Shown here in pieces: positions 9,391 through 28,641 of a stretch of DNA of 64,000 bases. The stretch lies in assembly GCF_024502345.1 (NCBI RefSeq), contig NZ_JALDNN010000001.1; one strand, given 5' to 3'. Within the stretch, counting starts at the first letter, position 1. Each line of letters starts with the position of its first letter. Source of the DNA: Escherichia coli. Its GTDB lineage: Bacteria > Pseudomonadota > Gammaproteobacteria > Enterobacterales > Enterobacteriaceae. The notes beneath the pieces are model-generated. The model was not told the DNA's origin, did not search any database, and saw only the letters and a program-made list of their open reading frames with translations. Both the position numbers and the translations under genes were made by a program.

Positions 9391-10905
9391 ATGCAACAGT
9401 CTACCCCGTATCTCTCATTTCGCGGCATCGGTAAAACGTTTCCCGGCGTTAAGGCGCTGACGGATATTAGTTTTGACTGCTATGCCGGTCAGGTTCATGC
9501 GTTGATGGGTGAAAATGGCGCAGGAAAATCAACTCTCTTAAAAATCCTCAGCGGCAACTATGCGCCAACCACGGGTTCTGTAGTGATTAATGGGCAGGAA
9601 ATGTCCTTTTCCGACACGACCGCAGCACTTAACGCGGGTGTGGCGATTATTTACCAGGAACTGCATCTCGTGCCGGAAATGACCGTCGCGGAAAACATCT
9701 ATCTCGGCCAGCTGCCGCATAAAGGCGGCATTGTGAATCGCTCATTGCTGAATTATGAGGCGGGTTTACAACTTAAACATCTTGGTATGGATATTGACCC
9801 GGACACGCCGCTGAAATATCTCTCCATTGGTCAGTGGCAGATGGTTGAAATTGCCAAAGCCCTGGCGCGTAATGCCAAAATTATCGCCTTTGATGAGCCA
9901 ACCAGCTCCCTTTCTGCCCGTGAAATCGACAATCTTTTTCGCGTTATTCGTGAACTGCGAAAAGAGGGGCGGGTGATCTTATACGTTTCTCACCGTATGG
10001 AAGAAATATTTGCCCTCAGCGATGCCATCACCGTCTTTAAAGATGGGCGTTATGTCAAAACCTTTACCGATATGCAGCAGGTTGACCACGACGCGCTGGT
10101 GCAGGCGATGGTCGGGCGCGACATTGGCGATATCTACGGCTGGCAACCGCGTAGTTATGGCGAGGAGCGCCTGCGTCTTGATGCTGTGAAAGCACCAGGC
10201 GTGCGTACGCCAATAAATCTGGCGGTTCGCAGTGGTGAAATTGTTGGGCTGTTTGGTCTGGTAGGGGCGGGGCGTAGCGAATTAATGAAAGGCTTGTTTG
10301 GCGGGACGCAAATCACCGCCGGTCAGGTTTATATCGACCAACAGCCGATCGATATTCGTAAACCGAGCCACGCCATTGCCGCAGGCATGATGCTCTGCCC
10401 GGAAGATCGCAAAGCGGAAGGCATTATTCCCGTGCACTCCGTTCGCGACAATATCAACATCAGTGCCAGACGTAAACATGTGCTCGGCGGTTGTGTAATC
10501 AACAACGGTTGGGAAGAAAACAATGCCGATCACCACATTCGTTCGCTCAACATCAAAACGCCGGGCGCGGAGCAACTGATCATGAATCTCTCAGGCGTAA
10601 ATCAGCAAAAAGCCATTCTGGGCCGCTGGTTATCGGAAGAGATGAAGGTCATTTTGCTGGATGAACCTACGCGCGGCATTGATGTTGGCGCTAAGCACGA
10701 AATATATAACGTAATTTATGCGCTGGCGGCGCAGGGTGTGGCGGTGCTGTTTGCCTCCAGCGACTTACCTGAAGTCCTCGGCGTTGCCGACCGGATTGTG
10801 GTGATGCGGGAAGGTGAAATCGCCGGTGAATTGTTACACGAGCAGGCAGATGAGCGTCAGGCATTGAGCCTTGCGATGCCTAAAGTCAGCCAGGCTGTTG
10901 CCTGA
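9391..10905 (+). CDS. araG: L-arabinose ABC transporter ATP-binding protein
   Basis: Internal start [10 protein letters not shown] gives 504 aa; two Walker A-type ABC domains. Confidence 0.95.
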   Translation: MQQSTPYLSFRGIGKTFPGVKALTDISFDCYAGQVHALMGENGAGKSTLLKILSGNYAPTTGSVVINGQEMSFSDTTAALNAGVAIIYQELHLVPEMTVAENIYLGQLPHKGGIVNRSLLNYEAGLQLKHLGMDIDPDTPLKYLSIGQWQMVEIAKALARNAKIIAFDEPTSSLSAREIDNLFRVIRELRKEGRVILYVSHRMEEIFALSDAITVFKDGRYVKTFTDMQQVDHDALVQAMVGRDIGDIYGWQPRSYGEERLRLDAVKAPGVRTPINLAVRSGEIVGLFGLVGAGRSELMKGLFGGTQITAGQVYIDQQPIDIRKPSHAIAAGMMLCPEDRKAEGIIPVHSVRDNINISARRKHVLGGCVINNGWEENNADHHIRSLNIKTPGAEQLIMNLSGVNQQKAILGRWLSEEMKVILLDEPTRGIDVGAKHEIYNVIYALAAQGVAVLFASSDLPEVLGVADRIVVMREGEIAGELLHEQADERQALSLAMPKVSQAVA

Positions 10906-10919
10906 GTAAGGAGAGTATG

Positions 10920-14272
<3,353 letters not shown>

Positions 14273-14278
14273 GAGCGG

Positions 14279-14707
14279 TTAATCTCCCGTAAGTGGAACT
14301 AACAGCACATCGACCTCACTTGAGGCAATAACTCTTTTCGCCGAGCAGGATGCTCGCGAAAAGAAACTGTGATTGTGATTACCGCAAATCACCAAATCGA
14401 AATGATGCTTGTGACATACTTCCAGAATATGTTCGCTTAACTCACCGTAGGCAATAAACGTCTTGTCAACGGGATACCCCGCATCCTGAATTAACTTATC
14501 AAGAAAGCTTTGCGTTTCTTCCTGCATCACGCTGCGTAAATCTTCAAGCATCGGCGCAGCTAATTGATTGTACATTTCCGGGTCGGAAGCGAGAGTAATT
14601 AAACTGATGTGTCCCTTTACTGGCCTGGCGATAGATACCGCTTTTGCCAGCAGTTGCTGACTTTCCGGTGTAACCGCAACAGCGACAAGAATATTGCTAT
14701 AGCTCAT
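14279..14707 (-). CDS. uspC: Universal stress protein C
   Basis: 142 aa matching K-12 UspC (YecG). Confidence 0.92.
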   Translation of the reverse strand: MSYSNILVAVAVTPESQQLLAKAVSIARPVKGHISLITLASDPEMYNQLAAPMLEDLRSVMQEETQSFLDKLIQDAGYPVDKTFIAYGELSEHILEVCHKHHFDLVICGNHNHSFFSRASCSAKRVIASSEVDVLLVPLTGD

Positions 14708-15209
14708 AACCTGTTCCTTATTCTGTGAACTTCAGGTGACATTAAAGCTTTACTCCTAATGGAGAAACGACGCAATCCCAACTCGGTCAAACAGGTAAAT
14801 ATTAGTCTGATTATTAGTAAAGACAATTAATCAATCACTCCCGGTGATCATATAATTTCAAATGTAATTATAAGAAAATAGTGTACTGATTCTCCGCATT
14901 AAACAAGTGGTTAATATATGTAAAACATTTCATCAACATTAAGTTGATTGTTGCCTTTCTTTGTATTTAATTAGTTTGTTGTGCGGTAAGTGTCTGTTTA
15001 AAAATAGCTTATCTGGTATTGCATGAAAGTGATTATTTATAGCAGATGATTATTTACGGTGAGTTATTTTGACTGTGCGCAACATCCCATTTCGATTATT
15101 CCTGTTTCATTTTTGCTTGCTAGCGTAGCGAAAAACTTTTTAACAGATTGAAATACACCCAAAACAAAAGTATGACTTATACATTTATGTTAAGTAACTG
15201 AGTGTTTTG

Positions 15210-15225
15210 TGTGATCTGCATCACA
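15210..15225. promoter_or_regulatory. CRP site in the flhDC regulatory region
   Basis: TGTGA-tctgca-TCACA, a perfect consensus about 270 nt upstream of the flhD ATG, consistent with the known CRP activation site. Confidence 0.8.
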
Positions 15226-15486
15226 CATTATTGAAAATCGCAGCCCCCCTCCGTTGTATGTGCGTGTAGTGACGAGTACAGTTGCGTCGATTTAGGAAAA
15301 ATCTTAGATAAGTGTAAAGGCCCATTTCTATTTGTAAGGACATATTAAACCAAAAAGGTGGTTCTGCTTATTGCAGCTTATCGCAACTATTCTAATGCTA
15401 ATTATTTTTTACCGGGGCTTCCCGGCGACATTACGGGGTGCGGTGAAACCGCATAAAAATAAAGTTGGTTATTCTGGGTGGGAATA

Positions 15487-15837
15487 ATGCATACCTCCGA
15501 GTTGCTGAAACACATTTATGACATCAACTTGTCATATTTACTACTTGCACAGCGTTTGATTGTTCAGGACAAAGCGTCCGCTATGTTTCGTCTCGGCATA
15601 AATGAAGAAATGGCGACAACGTTAGCGGCACTGACTCTTCCGCAAATGGTTAAGCTGGCAGAAACCAATCAACTGGTTTGTCACTTCCGTTTTGACAGCC
15701 ACCAGACGATTACTCAGTTGACGCAAGATTCCCGCGTTGACGATCTCCAGCAAATTCATACCGGCATCATGCTCTCAACACGCTTGCTGAATGATGTTAA
15801 TCAGCCTGAAGAAGCGCTGCGCAAGAAAAGGGCCTGA
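15487..15837 (+). CDS. flhD: Flagellar master regulator FlhD
   Basis: Start [12 protein letters not shown] gives 116 aa; the track ORF begins 9 nt upstream at GTG. Confidence 0.95.
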
Positions 15838-15839
15838 TC

Positions 15840-16418
15840 ATGAGTGAAAAAAGCATTGTTCAGGAAGCGCGGGATATTCAGCTGGCAATGGAATTGATCA
15901 CCCTGGGCGCTCGTTTGCAGATGCTGGAAAGCGAAACACAGTTAAGTCGCGGACGCCTGATAAAACTTTATAAAGAACTGCGCGGAAGCCCACCGCCGAA
16001 AGGCATGCTGCCATTCTCAACCGACTGGTTTATGACCTGGGAACAAAACGTTCATGCTTCGATGTTCTGTAATGCATGGCAGTTTTTACTGAAAACCGGT
16101 TTGTGTAATGGCGTCGATGCGGTGATCAAAGCCTACCGTTTATACCTTGAACAGTGCCCACAAGCAGAAGAAGGACCACTGCTGGCATTAACCCGTGCCT
16201 GGACATTGGTGCGGTTTGTTGAAAGTGGATTACTGCAACTTTCCAGCTGCAACTGCTGCGGCGGCAATTTTATTACCCACGCTCACCAGCCTGTTGGCAG
16301 CTTTGCCTGCAGCTTATGTCAACCGCCATCCCGGGCAGTAAAAAGACGTAAACTTTCCCAGAATCCTGCCGATATTATCCCACAACTGCTGGATGAACAG
16401 AGAGTACAGGCTGTTTAA
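15840..16418 (+). CDS. flhC: Flagellar master regulator FlhC
   Basis: 192 aa; starts 2 nt after the flhD stop. Confidence 0.96.
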
Positions 16419-16444
16419 CTGATACGGTGAGGCGCAACATTCCA

Positions 16445-16476
16445 GCAGCGGTAACGACGTACCGCTGCTTTTTTTT
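16445..16476 (+). terminator. Rho-independent terminator after flhC
   Basis: gcagcggta-acgac-taccgctgc hairpin followed by a T8 run. Confidence 0.8.
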
Positions 16477-16544
16477 GCCCCAATCGCGCGTTAACGCCTG
16501 ACGACTGAACATCCTGTCATGGTCAACAGTGGAAGGATGATGTC

Positions 16545-17428
16545 GTGCTTATCTTATTAGGTTACCTGGTTGTTCTCGGTACAGTTTTCGGCGGTTATTT
16601 GATGACCGGTGGAAGCCTTGGAGCACTCTATCAACCCGCTGAACTGGTGATTATTGCCGGTGCAGGGATTGGGTCGTTTATCGTCGGCAATAATGGCAAA
16701 GCGATTAAAGGCACGCTGAAGGCGCTGCCGTTGCTGTTTCGTCGCTCCAAATACACCAAAGCAATGTATATGGATCTGCTGGCTCTGCTTTATCGGTTGA
16801 TGGCGAAATCGCGGCAGATGGGGATGTTTTCGCTGGAACGTGATATTGAAAATCCCCGTGAGAGCGAGATCTTCGCCAGCTACCCACGCATCCTCGCGGA
16901 TAGCGTCATGCTTGATTTTATCGTCGATTATCTGCGTCTGATTATCAGCGGTCATATGAACACCTTCGAAATCGAAGCCCTGATGGATGAAGAGATTGAG
17001 ACGCACGAAAGCGAGGCAGAAGTCCCGGCGAACAGTCTGGCGCTGGTCGGGGACTCACTTCCGGCGTTTGGTATTGTCGCGGCTGTAATGGGGGTCGTTC
17101 ACGCGTTAGGTTCAGCCGATCGTCCTGCCGCCGAGCTGGGTGCGCTTATCGCACATGCGATGGTGGGGACTTTCCTCGGCATTTTATTGGCTTACGGATT
17201 TATTTCCCCATTAGCGAGTGTTTTACGTCAGAAAAGCGCCGAAACCAGCAAAATGATGCAGTGCGTCAAAGTCACTCTGCTTTCTAATCTGAACGGTTAC
17301 GCACCGCCTATCGCCGTTGAGTTTGGTCGCAAAACGCTCTATTCCAGCGAACGTCCGTCGTTTATTGAACTGGAAGAGCATGTGCGTGCGGTGAAAAATC
17401 CGCAACAACAGACGACAACCGAGGAAGC

Positions 17429-17432
<4 letters not shown>
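16545..17432 (+). CDS. motA: Flagellar stator protein MotA
   Basis: 295 aa; GTG start. Confidence 0.95.
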
Positions 17433-20324
<2,892 letters not shown>

Positions 20325-20344
20325 ATGAGTAAAAAGGTAACAAT

Positions 20345-20848
20345 ATGACCGGTATGACGAATGTAACAAAGCTGGCCAGCGAGCCGTCAGGCCAGGAATT
20401 TCTGGTATTTACCCTTGGTGATGAAGAGTACGGTATTGATATTCTGAAAGTGCAGGAGATCCGTGGCTACGATCAGGTAACACGGATTGCAAACACGCCA
20501 GCGTTTATCAAAGGCGTCACGAATCTGCGCGGCGTTATTGTGCCGATTGTTGACTTACGAATTAAGTTCAGCCAGGTGGATGTGGACTATAACGACAACA
20601 CGGTAGTTATCGTCCTGAATCTCGGACAACGGGTGGTTGGCATCGTGGTTGACGGCGTCTCAGACGTGCTTTCATTGACGGCGGAGCAAATTCGTCCGGC
20701 ACCAGAATTTGCCGTGACGCTTTCAACAGAATATCTCACTGGACTGGGCGCACTGGGCGACCGGATGTTGATTCTGGTGAACATCGAAAAACTGCTGAAC
20801 AGCGAAGAGATGGCGCTGTTAGATAGCGCGGCGTCAGAAGTGGCGTAA
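20345..20848 (+). CDS. cheW: Chemotaxis coupling protein CheW
   Basis: 167 aa. Confidence 0.96.
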
Positions 20849-20876
20849 TTCTCCCGATTTCCTCAATTGAAATGAA

Positions 20877-20904
20877 CCCGATGATCTGCGCATCGGGTTT
20901 TTTA
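20877..20904 (+). terminator. Rho-independent terminator after cheW
   Basis: cccgatg-atctgcg-catcggg hairpin followed by a T-run. Confidence 0.8.
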
Positions 20905-20934
20905 TTTCAATTTCGCGGCGGGTGGCATCAGCAA

Positions 20935-20961
20935 TAAAGTTTCCCCCCTCCTTGCCGATAA
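20935..20961 (+). promoter_or_regulatory. Sigma-28 (FliA) class 3 promoter of the tar-tap-cheRBYZ operon
   Basis: TAAAGTTT-N11-GCCGATAA, an exact match to the FliA consensus. Confidence 0.9.
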
Positions 20962-20992
20962 CGAGATCAACTTGTTTTCAGGAAGGTGCCTT

Positions 20993-22654
20993 ATGATTAA
21001 CCGTATCCGCGTAGTCACGCTGTTGGTAATGGTGCTGGGGGTATTCGCACTGTTACAGCTTATTTCCGGCAGTCTGTTTTTTTCTTCCCTTCACCATAGC
21101 CAGAAGAGCTTTGTGGTTTCCAATCAATTACGGGAACAGCAGGGCGAGCTGACGTCAACCTGGGATTTAATGCTGCAAACGCGCATTAACCTGAGTCGTT
21201 CAGCGGTACGGATGATGATGGATTCCTCCAATCAACAAAGTAACGCCAAAGTTGAATTGCTCGATAGCGCCAGGAAAACATTGGCGCAGGCAGCGACGCA
21301 TTATAAAAAATTCAAAAGCATGGCACCGTTACCTGAAATGGTCGCTACCAGTCGTAATATTGATGAAAAATATAAAAACTATTACACAGCGTTAACTGAA
21401 CTGATTGATTATCTAGATTATGGCAATACTGGAGCTTATTTCGCTCAGCCAACCCAGGGAATGCAAAATGCAATGGGCGAAGCGTTTGCTCAGTACGCCC
21501 TCAGCAGTGAAAAACTGTATCGCGATATCGTCACTGGCAACGCAGATGATTACCGATTTGCCCAGTGGCAACTGGCGGTTATCGCGCTGGTGGTGGTATT
21601 GATTCTGCTGGTGGCGTGGTACGGCATTCGCCGTATGTTGCTTACTCCGCTGGCAAAAATTATTGCTCACATTCGCGAAATCGCCGGTGGTAACCTGGCG
21701 AATACCCTGACCATTGACGGGCGCAGTGAAATGGGCGACCTGGCGCAGAGCGTTTCACATATGCAACGCTCTTTGACTGACACCGTCACTCATGTCCGCG
21801 AAGGTTCAGATGCCATCTATGCCGGTACCCGTGAAATTGCGGCGGGCAACACCGATCTTTCCTCCCGTACTGAACAGCAGGCATCCGCGCTGGAAGAAAC
21901 TGCCTCCAGCATGGAGCAGCTCACCGCGACAGTGAAGCAAAACGCCGATAACGCCCGCCAGGCCTCGCAACTGGCGCAAAGTGCCTCCGACACCGCCCAG
22001 CACGGCGGCAAAGTGGTGGATGGCGTAGTGAAAACGATGCATGAGATCGCCGATAGTTCGAAGAAAATTGCCGACATTATCAGCGTTATCGACGGTATTG
22101 CCTTCCAGACTAATATCCTCGCGCTGAATGCCGCGGTTGAAGCCGCGCGTGCGGGTGAACAGGGCCGTGGTTTTGCCGTGGTGGCGGGTGAAGTGCGTAA
22201 TCTTGCCAGTCGCAGCGCCCAGGCGGCAAAAGAGATCAAAGCCCTCATTGAAGACTCCGTCGCACGCGTTGATACCGGTTCGGTGCTGGTCGAAAGCGCC
22301 GGGGAAACAATGAACAATATCGTCAATGCTGTCACTCGCGTGACTGACATTATGGGCGAGATTGCATCGGCATCGGATGAACAGAGCCGTGGCATCGATC
22401 AAGTCGCATTGGCGGTTTCGGAAATGGATCGCGTCACGCAACAGAACGCATCGCTGGTGCAGGAATCAGCTGCCGCCGCCGCTGCGCTGGAAGAACAGGC
22501 GAGTCGTTTAACGCAAGCGGTTTCCGCGTTCCGTCTGGCAGCCAGCCCACTCACCAATAAACCGCAAACACCATCCCGTCCTGCCAGTGAGCAACCACCG
22601 GCACAGCCACGACTGCGAATTGCTGAACAAGATCCAAACTGGGAAACATTTTGA
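20993..22654 (+). CDS. tar: Methyl-accepting chemotaxis protein II (aspartate/maltose)
   Basis: Start [11 protein letters not shown] gives 553 aa; C-terminal NWETF pentapeptide. Confidence 0.95.
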   Translation: MINRIRVVTLLVMVLGVFALLQLISGSLFFSSLHHSQKSFVVSNQLREQQGELTSTWDLMLQTRINLSRSAVRMMMDSSNQQSNAKVELLDSARKTLAQAATHYKKFKSMAPLPEMVATSRNIDEKYKNYYTALTELIDYLDYGNTGAYFAQPTQGMQNAMGEAFAQYALSSEKLYRDIVTGNADDYRFAQWQLAVIALVVVLILLVAWYGIRRMLLTPLAKIIAHIREIAGGNLANTLTIDGRSEMGDLAQSVSHMQRSLTDTVTHVREGSDAIYAGTREIAAGNTDLSSRTEQQASALEETASSMEQLTATVKQNADNARQASQLAQSASDTAQHGGKVVDGVVKTMHEIADSSKKIADIISVIDGIAFQTNILALNAAVEAARAGEQGRGFAVVAGEVRNLASRSAQAAKEIKALIEDSVARVDTGSVLVESAGETMNNIVNAVTRVTDIMGEIASASDEQSRGIDQVALAVSEMDRVTQQNASLVQESAAAAAALEEQASRLTQAVSAFRLAASPLTNKPQTPSRPASEQPPAQPRLRIAEQDPNWETF

Positions 22655-22699
22655 CGAGTATTTACTAACGCGGTCATTGCCGCCTGATGGGGAGCGTTG

Positions 22700-24301
22700 A
22701 TGTTTAATCGTATTCGAATTTCGACCACGCTGTTTTTAATTTTGATTCTCTGCGGGATCTTGCAGATTGGCAGTAACGGCATGTCTTTTTGGGCATTTCG
22801 CGACGATTTGCAACGACTGAATCAGGTCGAGCAGAGCAATCAGCAACGTGCGGCATTAGCGCAAACTCGGGCGGTAATGTTACAGGCCAGTACCGCGCTG
22901 AACAAAGCGGGCACTCTGACGGCACTTAGCTATCCGGCGGATGACATTAAAACGTTGATGACGACGGCGCGCGCCAGTCTGACGCAATCCACCACGCTGT
23001 TTAAAAGTTTTATGGCGATGACTGCGGGCAACGAGCACGTCAGGGCATTGCAAAAAGAGACGGAGAAAAGTTTTGCCCGCTGGCACAACGATCTCGAACA
23101 TCAGGCGACCTGGCTTGAAAGTAATCAACTTTCGGATTTCCTCACAGCGCCGGTGCAGGGATCACAGAATGCGTTTGACGTTAACTTTGAGGCCTGGCAG
23201 GTGGAGATCAACCATGTGCTGGAAGCCGCCAGTGCGCAAAGCCAGCGTAACTATCAGATTTCGGCGCTGGTGTTTATCAGCATGATTATTGTTGCGGCGA
23301 TCTACATCAGCAGTGCGCTGTGGTGGACGCGCAAGATGATTGTTCAACCACTGGCCATTATCGGTAGCCATTTTGACAGCATTGCTGCGGGTAATCTGGC
23401 GCGTCCGATTGCGGTATATGGTCGCAACGAGATCACCGCCATTTTTGCCAGCCTGAAGACCATGCAGCAGGCTTTGCGTGGGACGGTGAGTGATGTGCGT
23501 AAGGGAAGCCAGGAGATGCACATTGGTATCGCGGAGATTGTCGCAGGCAATAACGATCTCTCAAGTCGTACCGAACAGCAGGCGGCATCGCTGGCACAAA
23601 CGGCCGCCAGTATGGAGCAATTAACCGCCACGGTAGGGCAAAACGCCGATAACGCACGACAGGCGTCGGAACTGGCAAAAAATGCCGCGACAACGGCGCA
23701 GGCGGGCGGTGTTCAGGTCAGTACCATGACTCACACCATGCAGGAGATCGCCACCAGCTCGCAAAAAATTGGCGACATTATCAGCGTTATCGACGGAATT
23801 GCTTTCCAGACCAATATTCTGGCCCTGAATGCGGCAGTGGAAGCGGCTCGCGCCGGAGAGCAGGGGCGTGGTTTTGCGGTAGTGGCAGGTGAAGTGCGCA
23901 ATCTTGCCAGCCGTAGCGCGCAGGCAGCAAAAGAGATCAAAGGGCTGATCGAAGAGTCAGTCAATCGTGTCCAGCAGGGTTCGAAACTGGTGAATAACGC
24001 CGCCGCGACCATGACCGATATTGTCAGTTCGGTGACCCGCGTGAACGACATTATGGGAGAAATTGCTTCGGCGTCGGAAGAACAACGGCGGGGGATTGAG
24101 CAGGTTGCACAGGCTGTCAGCCAGATGGATCAGGTGACTCAGCAGAACGCCTCGCTGGTAGAAGAAGCGGCGGTGGCAACGGAACAACTGGCGAATCAGG
24201 CCGACCATCTTTCGTCGCGTGTGGCGGTATTTACCCTTGAAGAACATGAAGTAGCACGACATGAGTCGGCGCAGTTACAAATTGCGCCAGTGGTATCCTG
24301 A
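22700..24301 (+). CDS. tap: Methyl-accepting chemotaxis protein IV (dipeptide/pyrimidine)
   Basis: ATG at 22700 gives 533 aa; tar paralogue. Confidence 0.95.
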   Translation: MFNRIRISTTLFLILILCGILQIGSNGMSFWAFRDDLQRLNQVEQSNQQRAALAQTRAVMLQASTALNKAGTLTALSYPADDIKTLMTTARASLTQSTTLFKSFMAMTAGNEHVRALQKETEKSFARWHNDLEHQATWLESNQLSDFLTAPVQGSQNAFDVNFEAWQVEINHVLEAASAQSQRNYQISALVFISMIIVAAIYISSALWWTRKMIVQPLAIIGSHFDSIAAGNLARPIAVYGRNEITAIFASLKTMQQALRGTVSDVRKGSQEMHIGIAEIVAGNNDLSSRTEQQAASLAQTAASMEQLTATVGQNADNARQASELAKNAATTAQAGGVQVSTMTHTMQEIATSSQKIGDIISVIDGIAFQTNILALNAAVEAARAGEQGRGFAVVAGEVRNLASRSAQAAKEIKGLIEESVNRVQQGSKLVNNAAATMTDIVSSVTRVNDIMGEIASASEEQRRGIEQVAQAVSQMDQVTQQNASLVEEAAVATEQLANQADHLSSRVAVFTLEEHEVARHESAQLQIAPVVS

Positions 24302-24319
24302 AGTGATTGAGAAGGCGCT

Positions 24320-25180
24320 ATGACTTCATCTCTGCCCTGTGGGCAAACGTCTTTATTGTTACAGATGACCGAGCGCCTGGCGCTTTCCGACGCGCATTTT
24401 CGGCGGATAAGTCAATTGATCTATCAACGAGCCGGGATCGTTCTGGCTGACCATAAACGCGACATGGTTTACAACCGACTGGTTCGTCGTTTGCGTTCGC
24501 TGGGAATGACGGATTTCGGTCATTATCTGAACTTGCTGGAATCTAATCAGCACAGCGGTGAGTGGCAGGCGTTTATCAATTCGCTGACCACGAATCTGAC
24601 GGCATTTTTCCGTGAGGCACATCATTTCCCTCTTCTCGCGGATCACGCACGTCGCCGTTCTGGCGAGTATCGCGTATGGAGCGCGGCGGCTTCGACCGGC
24701 GAAGAGCCGTACAGCATTGCGATGACGCTGGCTGACACATTGGGCACCGCGCCCGGACGCTGGAAAGTGTTTGCCAGTGATATCGACACCGAAGTGCTGG
24801 AAAAAGCCAGAAGCGGTATCTATCGCCATGAAGAGTTGAAAAACCTGACGCCGCAGCAACTGCAACGGTATTTCATGCGAGGGACGGGACCGCATGAAGG
24901 GCTGGTACGCGTGCGTCAGGAGCTGGCGAACTATGTTGATTTTGCCCCGCTGAATTTACTGGCGAAACAGTACACCGTGCCGGGGCCGTTTGATGCGATC
25001 TTCTGTCGTAACGTCATGATCTACTTCGATCAAAATACCCAGCAGGAGATTTTGCGCCGCTTTGTTCCGCTCCTTAAACCCGACGGATTGCTGTTTGCGG
25101 GTCACTCTGAAAACTTTAGCCACCTTGAGCGCCGCTTCACGCTGCGTGGTCAGACGGTGTATGCGCTAAGTAAGGATTAA
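24320..25180 (+). CDS. cheR: Chemotaxis methyltransferase CheR
   Basis: 286 aa. Confidence 0.96.
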   Translation: MTSSLPCGQTSLLLQMTERLALSDAHFRRISQLIYQRAGIVLADHKRDMVYNRLVRRLRSLGMTDFGHYLNLLESNQHSGEWQAFINSLTTNLTAFFREAHHFPLLADHARRRSGEYRVWSAAASTGEEPYSIAMTLADTLGTAPGRWKVFASDIDTEVLEKARSGIYRHEELKNLTPQQLQRYFMRGTGPHEGLVRVRQELANYVDFAPLNLLAKQYTVPGPFDAIFCRNVMIYFDQNTQQEILRRFVPLLKPDGLLFAGHSENFSHLERRFTLRGQTVYALSKD

Positions 25181-25182
25181 CG

Positions 25183-26636
<1,454 letters not shown>

Positions 26637-26646
26637 GGATGCGACT

Positions 26647-27291
26647 ATGATGCAACCATCAATCAAACCTGCTGACGAGCATTCAGCTGGCGATATCATT
26701 GCGCGCATCGGCAGCCTGACGCGTATGCTGCGCGACAGTTTGCGGGAACTGGGGCTGGATCAGGCCATTGCCGAAGCGGCGGAAGCCATCCCCGATGCGC
26801 GCGATCGTTTGTACTATGTTGTGCAGATGACCGCCCAGGCTGCGGAGCGGGCGCTGAACAGTGTTGAGGCGTCACAACCGCATCAGGATCAAATGGAGAA
26901 ATCAGCAAAAGCGTTAACCCAACGTTGGGATGACTGGTTTGCCGATCCGATTGACCTTGCCGACGCCCGTGAACTGGTAACAGATACACGACAATTTCTG
27001 GCAGATGTACCCGCACATACCAGCTTTACTAACGCGCAACTGCTGGAAATCATGATGGCGCAGGATTTTCAGGATCTCACCGGGCAGGTCATTAAGCGGA
27101 TGATGGATGTCATTCAGGAGATCGAACGTCAGTTGCTGATGGTGCTGTTGGAAAACATCCCGGAACAGGAGTCGCGTCCAAAGCGTGAAAATCAGAGTTT
27201 GCTTAATGGACCTCAGGTCGATACCAGCAAAGCCGGTGTGGTAGCCAGTCAGGATCAGGTGGACGATTTGTTGGATAGTCTTGGATTTTGA
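26647..27291 (+). CDS. cheZ: CheY-P phosphatase CheZ
   Basis: Internal start [11 protein letters not shown] gives 214 aa. Confidence 0.95.
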
Positions 27292-27296
27292 TTTGT

Positions 27297-27365
27297 ATTG
27301 CCTGATGTGGCGTGACCACGTCATATCAGGCGGTCTGATAAGGTGATGACGCCGCATCCGACAAA
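27297..27365. repeat. REP (repetitive extragenic palindromic) elements
   Basis: gcctgatgtggcgtgaccacgtcatatcaggc and gatgacgccgcatccgaca palindromic units. Confidence 0.7.
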
Positions 27366-27492
27366 CGCACACTATGCTTGATGTGTGGCAGCAAAAGCCC
27401 TAAATCCCGCCTGTTTTGCCCCTTACTCAAACCATTGAACGCTTTGCGCTCTGGCATCATTTACGCTTAATACTCTTTCCAGGATTGGCGAC

Positions 27493-28641
27493 GTGTCTGA
27501 CGAGAGCGACGACAAAACAGAAGCCCCCACACCTCACCGACTAGAAAAAGCGCGGGAAGAGGGGCAAATCCCACGTTCCCGTGAACTGACTTCACTGCTG
27601 ATTTTGCTGGTGGGCGTGTGTGTTATCTGGTTTGGCGGTGTGTCCCTGGCCCGTCGATTGTCGGGCATGCTCTCCGCTGGGCTGCATTTTGATCACAGTA
27701 TTATCAAAGACCCGAATCTGATCCTCGGGCAGATTATTCTGCTGATCAGAGAAGCCATGCTGGCGCTGCTACCGCTGATTAGCGGCGTGGTGCTGGTAGC
27801 GCTCATTTCTCCGGTCATGCTGGGGGGGCTGGTATTTAGCGGAAAATCCTTGCAGCCGAAGTTTTCCAAACTCAACCCGCTACCGGGCATTAAACGGATG
27901 TTCTCGGCACAGACTGGCGCGGAGTTGCTTAAAGCAATTTTGAAAACCATCCTGGTTGGCAGCGTGACGGGGTTTTTTCTCTGGCATCACTGGCCGCAGA
28001 TGATGCGCTTACTGGCCGAGTCTCCGATTACCGCCATGGGTAATGCGATGGATTTGGTAGGGCTATGCGCACTGCTGGTGGTGCTTGGTGTCATTCCAAT
28101 GGTGGGGTTTGACGTCTTTTTCCAAATCTTCAGCCACCTGAAAAAGCTGCGAATGTCGCGGCAGGATATTCGTGATGAGTTCAAACAAAGCGAAGGCGAC
28201 CCCCATGTTAAAGGACGGATCCGTCAGATGCAGCGAGCTGCCGCACGGCGTCGGATGATGGCCGATGTGCCGAAAGCGGATGTCATTGTCAATAACCCGA
28301 CCCACTATTCGGTAGCGTTGCAGTATGACGAAAACAAAATGAGCGCACCGAAAGTGGTCGCTAAAGGTGCAGGGCTGGTCGCGCTGCGCATTCGTGAAAT
28401 TGGCGCTGAAAATAACGTCCCGACGCTTGAAGCGCCGCCGCTGGCGCGAGCGCTGTATCGACATGCGGAGATTGGTCAACAAATCCCGGGTCAACTGTAC
28501 GCCGCGGTGGCGGAAGTGCTGGCCTGGGTCTGGCAACTGAAACGCTGGCGTCTGGCTGGTGGACAGCGCCCTGTACAACCTACTCATCTTCCGGTGCCGG
28601 AAGCACTGGATTTTATTAACGAGAAACCGACCCATGAGTAA
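27493..28641 (+). CDS. flhB: Flagellar export apparatus protein FlhB
   Basis: 382 aa; GTG start. Confidence 0.94.
   Translation: MSDESDDKTEAPTPHRLEKAREEGQIPRSRELTSLLILLVGVCVIWFGGVSLARRLSGMLSAGLHFDHSIIKDPNLILGQIILLIREAMLALLPLISGVVLVALISPVMLGGLVFSGKSLQPKFSKLNPLPGIKRMFSAQTGAELLKAILKTILVGSVTGFFLWHHWPQMMRLLAESPITAMGNAMDLVGLCALLVVLGVIPMVGFDVFFQIFSHLKKLRMSRQDIRDEFKQSEGDPHVKGRIRQMQRAAARRRMMADVPKADVIVNNPTHYSVALQYDENKMSAPKVVAKGAGLVALRIREIGAENNVPTLEAPPLARALYRHAEIGQQIPGQLYAAVAEVLAWVWQLKRWRLAGGQRPVQPTHLPVPEALDFINEKPTHE

Noticed and set aside
16419-16544. Sigma-28 promoter for motA in the flhC-motA gap
   Set aside because: No convincing TAAA-N15-GCCGATAA match by eye, so it was not annotated.
21806-22441. 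211-aa and 192-aa minus-strand ORFs inside tar, with similar ones inside tap
   Set aside because: Antisense to the Ala-rich methyl-accepting signalling domain; GC-rich codons leave the reverse frames open.
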